From an uncultured Desulfobacteraceae bacterium (GTDB lineage Bacteria > Desulfobacterota > DSM-4660 > Desulfatiglandales > Desulfatiglandaceae), in the NCBI GenBank assembly GCA_964633015.1, contig CAZWEV010000011.1, forward strand, positions 6,727-70,726: a DNA stretch of 64,000 bases, read 5' to 3'. Each line of letters begins with the position of its first letter. Position 1 is the stretch's first letter. Below, one piece after another: positions 59,318 to 64,000 of the stretch. The notes beneath the pieces were generated by a model. It searched no databases. It was not told the DNA's origin and saw nothing but the letters and a program-made list of their open reading frames with translations. The position numbers were made by a program, and so were the translations under genes.

Positions 59318-61720
59318 TCATCCTCCGAACGCCCACCTGCGGTCTGCTACGTGAATATCCGTTGCAAATCCTTTCTTCCCTTTGAGTGACTTGCACATGG
59401 AAGAGGCGGATCGGTAATCAGGAAAGCGGCCCACGAAGACACGGTAGTAGAAACCCATCCCGGGAATATCTACGGGAACAACGAAGCATTCGAAATTCTC
59501 CTTGCTCAGCTTCTGTAAGCGATCCTGGGCTTCCACACTGGTAGGATAGGAATTTACATGGATGCTGTACGGGACACTTCCGGGCCAGAAATACTTTTTG
59601 TTCTCTTTTCCTCCGGACTCCTCTTTCTTCACCTCCGGTTCTTTCGCTGGGGCGTTTTCCTCCTTCATCTTTTTCGGGCCCGGTGCAGCAAGGGTCGGCG
59701 CGACGTGTTCCCCACCGGAAAAAGGCTGCGCGTTCTTTGCAGGGGGCACTGCAATGGGCAGTCTCGATTCGGGGACCGGCTTATCCCTTTCCCCCGTTTC
59801 CTTTAGTGTATTTTCACCGCCCGTGGTTTCAGCCGTTTTTTTCGCCTTTTCCGGAACAGGTTGACCGGCAGACCCCCTTGCATTTTTCGGACGGCTGTAA
59901 TACCTGTCTTTTCGCTCCGCATAGCTCTCATATGGTTCTTCCAGAGAGAATTGCTGTTCTCTGCCGGACCATATTTCAGACACGTCCTTTGCCGGGATGT
60001 CCTGCGTCCGGATAATGATCGGTGTTATGGCCATCAGGACATCAGTTTCTTCGTTGGTCTTATCCAGGTTGGAAAAAATATAGCCAATGACCGGGATGTC
60101 CCCGAGCAGGGGAATCTTTCGCACGGTCTTCCGCTCCTCATCACTGATCAGGCCGCCGATAATAACCGGTTCCCCATCCCGGATAGTCAAAACACTGCTT
60201 GCTTGCCTGGTCTTAATGGAATACTGGGGTTCATCCGTTGTTCCGAGGTTTGCTCCCAGAGCGCTGATCTCCAGCGCCAGTTTCAGCGAAACTTCGTCAT
60301 CGCGGTTCACTATCGGTTCAGCGTCTACCTTTACTCCGATATCGTGGTATACATAATCATTTGTGACCACCCCGGTGGTATCTATTCTCCTGTTCACCCG
60401 CAACGGGACCCGTTCCCCCACATGAATGGTGGCCTTCTCCCCGTTTCTTACCCTGATCTGGGGGCTCGCAAGGGTTCGGGTGTCCGCATCCTGCTTCAAC
60501 AGGTTCAGGGTGGCCTGAGGAATGGACAGGAGAAGTTCCTTGTTCGTGATCTTCCCAAGGGCATACGCCGAAACATTGGGTACGAAAACAGAATCCACGC
60601 TGACCTGAGGGCTTGACTCTCCGATCCCGAAGGTGATTGACGTGGGGTTCACCTCGAGGCCGAGCTGTCGCTCCTTGGAACGCCTCACCTCCAGGATCTC
60701 CACATTAAACAGGACTTCCGCGGGAGTCCGGTCGTTTGCTTCCAGGATCTTTGACGCAACCTCTATTTGTTCCTTCGGCCCCCGGATAACCAGGGCATTC
60801 AGTTTCTCATTAGCAATGATATCCTTGCTTTTGAGAATCTTCGCCAGGAGGGCGACGCCCTCTTTGACCTTCAGGTTCGACAGATAAAAGGTCCGAATCT
60901 GGAGATCTTCGTACTCCTTGGTCTTGGCAGGCGTACTGGGATAAATGATCATGGTCTTATCATTCACCAGTTTTCCGGTCAGGTTATTCGTCTGAAGCAG
61001 GACTTCCAGAAAGCGCACGATGGGCACGTCGGTCATGAAAAGGGTGACCTTTGTCTCTTTTATATCTTTATCAAAAATGAAATTGATGCCGGTAAGCCTG
61101 GAAAGGACCTCGAAAACGCTGGTAATGGGGGTCTTCTTGAATCGGAGGGAAACAGGAGCGACTGATTTTGGCTTCAACCTGAAGCGTGGCGGACGCGCTA
61201 TTTCCTTGCGATAGGCGGCAAGAGCTTTTGCCGCTTCTTTGTTTCCTCGATTTAACTTGACCGCTTCTTGAAAGGCTCTCCTTGCCTTGGCATATTCCTT
61301 CTCTTTGAGGAATTTCTCTCCCTCTTTAAACAGGGTGCGGGACTCTTGAAAGGCCTTTGCCCTTCTCAAAAGCACTGCTGCTCTTACATTCCCGGGCCTA
61401 AAGTCAATGCTCAACTGGAATTCCCGTGCGGCTTCCTCAAATGAGCCCTTTTTCAGCAGGGCCTCTCCCCGGGTCATATGTTGCATGGAAGCATTGAACT
61501 GCGCCCTTTCCAGCATGAGTCTTATCTCAGCATCGCCAGGTTTCTTCTTGTGTGCCTCCTGAAGAATCTTCGCACTCTTGTCCCATTCACCGGCAAAACC
61601 AAGCAGCCGCCCCTCTTCAACATAGTGTGGGCTCGGGGCGCACGCCTGCAGCCAGATCCCCGTGAGTATCATGAATGCGACCAAAATGCATTGTCTGAGC
61701 CTTCCAACCACGTAAGCCAT
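59318..61720 (-). CDS. secretin (GspD/PilQ family) fused to an N-terminal lipoprotein TPR module and a C-terminal SPOR domain
   Basis: ORF 59318..61762 trimmed to ATG 61720, 5 nt after GGAGG. Lipobox IWLQAC is followed by TPR-like repeats, then secretin N-domains and the core (IPLLGDIPVIGYIFS). After a Pro/Lys-rich linker comes a SPOR-like end (YSIHVNSY...YYRVFVGRF). Confidence 0.88.
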   Translation of the reverse strand: MAYVVGRLRQCILVAFMILTGIWLQACAPSPHYVEEGRLLGFAGEWDKSAKILQEAHKKKPGDAEIRLMLERAQFNASMQHMTRGEALLKKGSFEEAAREFQLSIDFRPGNVRAAVLLRRAKAFQESRTLFKEGEKFLKEKEYAKARRAFQEAVKLNRGNKEAAKALAAYRKEIARPPRFRLKPKSVAPVSLRFKKTPITSVFEVLSRLTGINFIFDKDIKETKVTLFMTDVPIVRFLEVLLQTNNLTGKLVNDKTMIIYPSTPAKTKEYEDLQIRTFYLSNLKVKEGVALLAKILKSKDIIANEKLNALVIRGPKEQIEVASKILEANDRTPAEVLFNVEILEVRRSKERQLGLEVNPTSITFGIGESSPQVSVDSVFVPNVSAYALGKITNKELLLSIPQATLNLLKQDADTRTLASPQIRVRNGEKATIHVGERVPLRVNRRIDTTGVVTNDYVYHDIGVKVDAEPIVNRDDEVSLKLALEISALGANLGTTDEPQYSIKTRQASSVLTIRDGEPVIIGGLISDEERKTVRKIPLLGDIPVIGYIFSNLDKTNEETDVLMAITPIIIRTQDIPAKDVSEIWSGREQQFSLEEPYESYAERKDRYYSRPKNARGSAGQPVPEKAKKTAETTGGENTLKETGERDKPVPESRLPIAVPPAKNAQPFSGGEHVAPTLAAPGPKKMKEENAPAKEPEVKKEESGGKENKKYFWPGSVPYSIHVNSYPTSVEAQDRLQKLSKENFECFVVPVDIPGMGFYYRVFVGRFPDYRSASSMCKSLKGKKGFATDIHVADRRWAFGG

Positions 61721-61751
61721 AACGGCCTCCATTGAACGAACGACAATCCTC

Positions 61752-62321
61752 TTAAAAATCACTCAAATCGATGTGAATATCCTGCTGGATCTCCGCAGCC
61801 CATAAATCCAGAGAATTCCCGCTGATACTTTTAATCAGATATTTTCCATCGATCTTGTCTCCCGGCTGCACAATGAACACGTCTTTTCCTCTCTCTAGGA
61901 AGAGCATATTCTTCCCTTCGCCCTGACAGGAGCCGAATACCCGGAAACTGCTCAAGTCCCTCTGTACCCGGGCCCTGGGGTCTTCTCCAGCCGGTTCCGG
62001 CGTTTTCTCGGCATGTTGCACCGGCACGATCGTGGATTTCTTTTCCGACGAAGTGTCGGTGCTCGGTTCGAAAAATGGATTATGAATCACCTCGCCGTGG
62101 TGGTGCGAGGACTTTGAAAAAAGTCCCAGCATAACCTCAGGGGATTTCAGCAGTTGCTCTTCCCCCTTCCGGGTATTCTTCTTCACAACGACTCTTTTCC
62201 GGCTCCCGCTGAACACCAACCGGGACACTTTCTGCTGCTGATACGGATGCCGAATGCGATACGCGAGCGAAGCTATGAAAATAACCAATAGTATAGCGAG
62301 AATGAGTCTTTTTTTCTTCAT
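61752..62321 (-). CDS. PilP/GspC-like membrane-anchored protein
   Basis: Only the 3' 189 codons of ORF 61752..62798 are used. ATG 62321 overlaps the upstream stop as ATGA. MKKKRLILAILLVIFIASL anchor, low-complexity linker and a C-terminal beta-rich domain. Confidence 0.5.
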   Translation of the reverse strand: MKKKRLILAILLVIFIASLAYRIRHPYQQQKVSRLVFSGSRKRVVVKKNTRKGEEQLLKSPEVMLGLFSKSSHHHGEVIHNPFFEPSTDTSSEKKSTIVPVQHAEKTPEPAGEDPRARVQRDLSSFRVFGSCQGEGKNMLFLERGKDVFIVQPGDKIDGKYLIKSISGNSLDLWAAEIQQDIHIDLSDF

Positions 62322-62854
62322 TTGAAATACGTCGATACTTCCAGATGCATATCTATCAATCCTGGAGACCGGGATACTCTCTTGAAAGAAACATGGTCCA
62401 GGCAAAAAAGATTCTGTGAATTCTGGAGACCAGCGATAAAGGGCTTCAGTTGGGAGTATCTTCCCCGAACACTGAAAGAACTGGTATACTTCCATAACTC
62501 CAATGGACCCACCCGCTCCGGCTTGAAGATGAGCTTTTGCATTTGCAGTCCATTTTGATGAAGAAGCTGGTGAAGTTCTCTCACCCGATCGACAAATGCT
62601 TCTTTCGGAGGCAATTTCCCTTTGAACACCTTCAACTCCATCCCTGCAATCCTGTACTTGGCGATTTCGTCCCTCTCGCGTGGCACATCGGGGTTTCTCT
62701 TCTTGCTGTAAAGGGCCTGGAGCCTTTCGATATGATTTTCCTGTCGTTGAATCACGGTCGCGTAGAGCACCAGATTGAGCAACAGAATAAATGCGCACCC
62801 CCCCCAGAAAAAGCGGTTAAATCGAAGGGCGCTGATGATCTTCTGAAATTTCAT
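62318..62854 (-). CDS. PilO/GspM-like assembly protein
   Basis: 178 aa with a single N-terminal TM segment, a coiled coil and a C-terminal alpha/beta domain. Lies between the PilN-like and PilP-like genes. Confidence 0.55.
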   Translation of the reverse strand: MKFQKIISALRFNRFFWGGCAFILLLNLVLYATVIQRQENHIERLQALYSKKRNPDVPRERDEIAKYRIAGMELKVFKGKLPPKEAFVDRVRELHQLLHQNGLQMQKLIFKPERVGPLELWKYTSSFSVRGRYSQLKPFIAGLQNSQNLFCLDHVSFKRVSRSPGLIDMHLEVSTYFK

Positions 62855-62922
62855 TCTTCCATTTCTTCCCAGCCCTTACAGGCATGAACACTCCTGCCCT
62901 GTGTGACGGCATCCACTTCATG

Positions 62923-63579
62923 TTAATGAAGATGGTACGATTCAAAGGTGGCTTTCAGAATCCGTATCTGTCCTTCATATTCCTTGGCATTGAAAAGCTC
63001 GTCGATGTTCAATTTGCTCTCGATCTCAAAATGCATCCTGTTTTCGGCATTGTCGGCGCCAGCATTTTTCCCTGTTTCCCCTACGCTCAATCTGGTCAGA
63101 AGATTCCTCTCAAACACACCTGACTTCTTCAAACGCGACAATAAGAGATCGATTTTATGCGAGGATTCCGCCACACCATTCATTTGCACGGTCTGCGAAT
63201 CTTCCGCCACGGTGAGATCCTGCAGAACAACACCGCCCGGGATGCTGGTCTCAATAGCGTCGAGAAGTCTGTCCCAGGGGAACGCATCCATAGCGATAAT
63301 CCGGTTAACGAACAGGGTCCCCTCCCGGATAGCCTGCATTTCCTCGCCTTTGAGTTTCTTCAGGACTTTTTCCCGGGCCTTCTTACTCTTCGCAAGGCTT
63401 TTTTCCAGACGTTTCACCTTCACCTGGTAGCTCAGGATTTCTCGCTGTCCCTGTATGCCCCGGGTGACATTATACAGTGAAATCCCTCCTAAAACGAGGA
63501 TAATAATAACCAGGGCAATGGAAGCAACCCGCTTATCATAATACTTGAATGTAGCCAGATTGAGTTTTACAGGATCCAA
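62923..63579 (-). CDS. PilN-like assembly protein
   Basis: 218 aa; N-terminal LNLATFKYYDKR is followed by a TM helix and a coiled coil. TTG start. Confidence 0.6.
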   Translation of the reverse strand: MDPVKLNLATFKYYDKRVASIALVIIILVLGGISLYNVTRGIQGQREILSYQVKVKRLEKSLAKSKKAREKVLKKLKGEEMQAIREGTLFVNRIIAMDAFPWDRLLDAIETSIPGGVVLQDLTVAEDSQTVQMNGVAESSHKIDLLLSRLKKSGVFERNLLTRLSVGETGKNAGADNAENRMHFEIESKLNIDELFNAKEYEGQIRILKATFESYHLH

Positions 63580-63629
63580 TGTACGCTCAAATCCTTTCCC
63601 GTATCAATTTGAAGAACCGGAACAGATTC

Positions 63630-64000
63630 CTACGCCAGACTCTGGGCAGCGCCTATAGCGGACGCATAGGACCACAGTCCTGCTTCATCCAATCCTTCCA
63701 TGTGGTCATCCGTGGAGATCAACACCTCATCACGCATCCGGGAAATGGACAATTCGCCCATGGTTCTCAATCCCTGTTCGAGAGTCTTTCCAAATCCCAC
63801 CTGACTCCCAAAGTAAAGCTTCTCGATTTTATGTCCGGGATTTTCATTCCTGAAAAGGTTGAGCGTCATATCCACATCCTGGAAAAAATGAATATCGGAA
63901 AATCCGCGTTTCACTCCGTGGTAAAAGAATATGGTTCCGTGGACACACACAATGAGGTTGAAAAATCCCCGGAAAAGGCCCAGAAAAGCCACGGTCCCTG
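63630..64000 (-). CDS. PilM/GspL-like cytoplasmic assembly protein, C-terminal part (gene continues past the right edge)
   Basis: The reading frame is open to the window edge. Assignment rests mainly on its position upstream of the PilN/O/P-like genes. Confidence 0.45.
   Translation of the reverse strand, partial: GTVAFLGLFRGFFNLIVCVHGTIFFYHGVKRGFSDIHFFQDVDMTLNLFRNENPGHKIEKLYFGSQVGFGKTLEQGLRTMGELSISRMRDEVLISTDDHMEGLDEAGLWSYASAIGAAQSLA

Noticed and set aside
62322-62798. The 5' two-thirds of the 348-aa ORF 61752..62798.
   Set aside because: It overlaps the PilO/GspM-like ORF (62318..62854) in another frame and has Arg/Ser/Gly-rich junk composition. The internal ATG 62321 gives a signal-anchor (MKKKRLILAILL) and an ATGA overlap with the upstream stop.

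Overview
This is a 64-kb, densely coding chromosomal segment with about 70 protein genes and mid-range GC by eye. Gene content, especially a had-oah(bamA)-dch benzoyl-CoA lower-pathway cluster, suggests a Syntrophus-like strictly anaerobic deltaproteobacterium (Syntrophales); that assignment is inference. Most of the window is core housekeeping. It carries ihfA and rlpA, guaB-guaA, ppx, murJ, rpsT and leuS-lptE-holA. It also carries nusB with the riboflavin operon (ribD, ribE, ribBA, ribH), nrdR, dCMP deaminase, glyA and rpiB. Further on are the yceD-rpmF-plsX-fabG-acpP-fabF lipid cluster, maeB, mgtE, an NrnA-like DHH phosphoesterase and ileS-lspA-lgt. Sensory genes are a GGDEF protein and two PAS histidine kinases. 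The right end holds a T2SS/T4P-hybrid envelope machine: PilM/N/O/P-like proteins, a TPR-secretin-SPOR fusion, three pseudopilins and a lytic transglycosylase. I saw no rRNA, tRNA, CRISPR array, transposase, integrase or phage genes. The main unexplained signals are four. (1) An unclassified 220-275 nt structured repeat is present three times (7654-7901, 40725-40998, 49632-49851) with strand-specific G.U-tolerant helices. (2) A 210-nt MITE-like element has CAAAT-rich terminal inverted repeats (36402-36611). (3) An AT-richer orphan gene (35267-36328) lies beside a tightly linked acyl-CoA dehydrogenase / Ski2-like helicase / 76-aa protein trio. (4) An orphan ribbon-helix-helix gene has a three-fold ATAAAGAAATAA operator-like array. 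All functional calls come from motif recognition and gene context only; no database search was possible.
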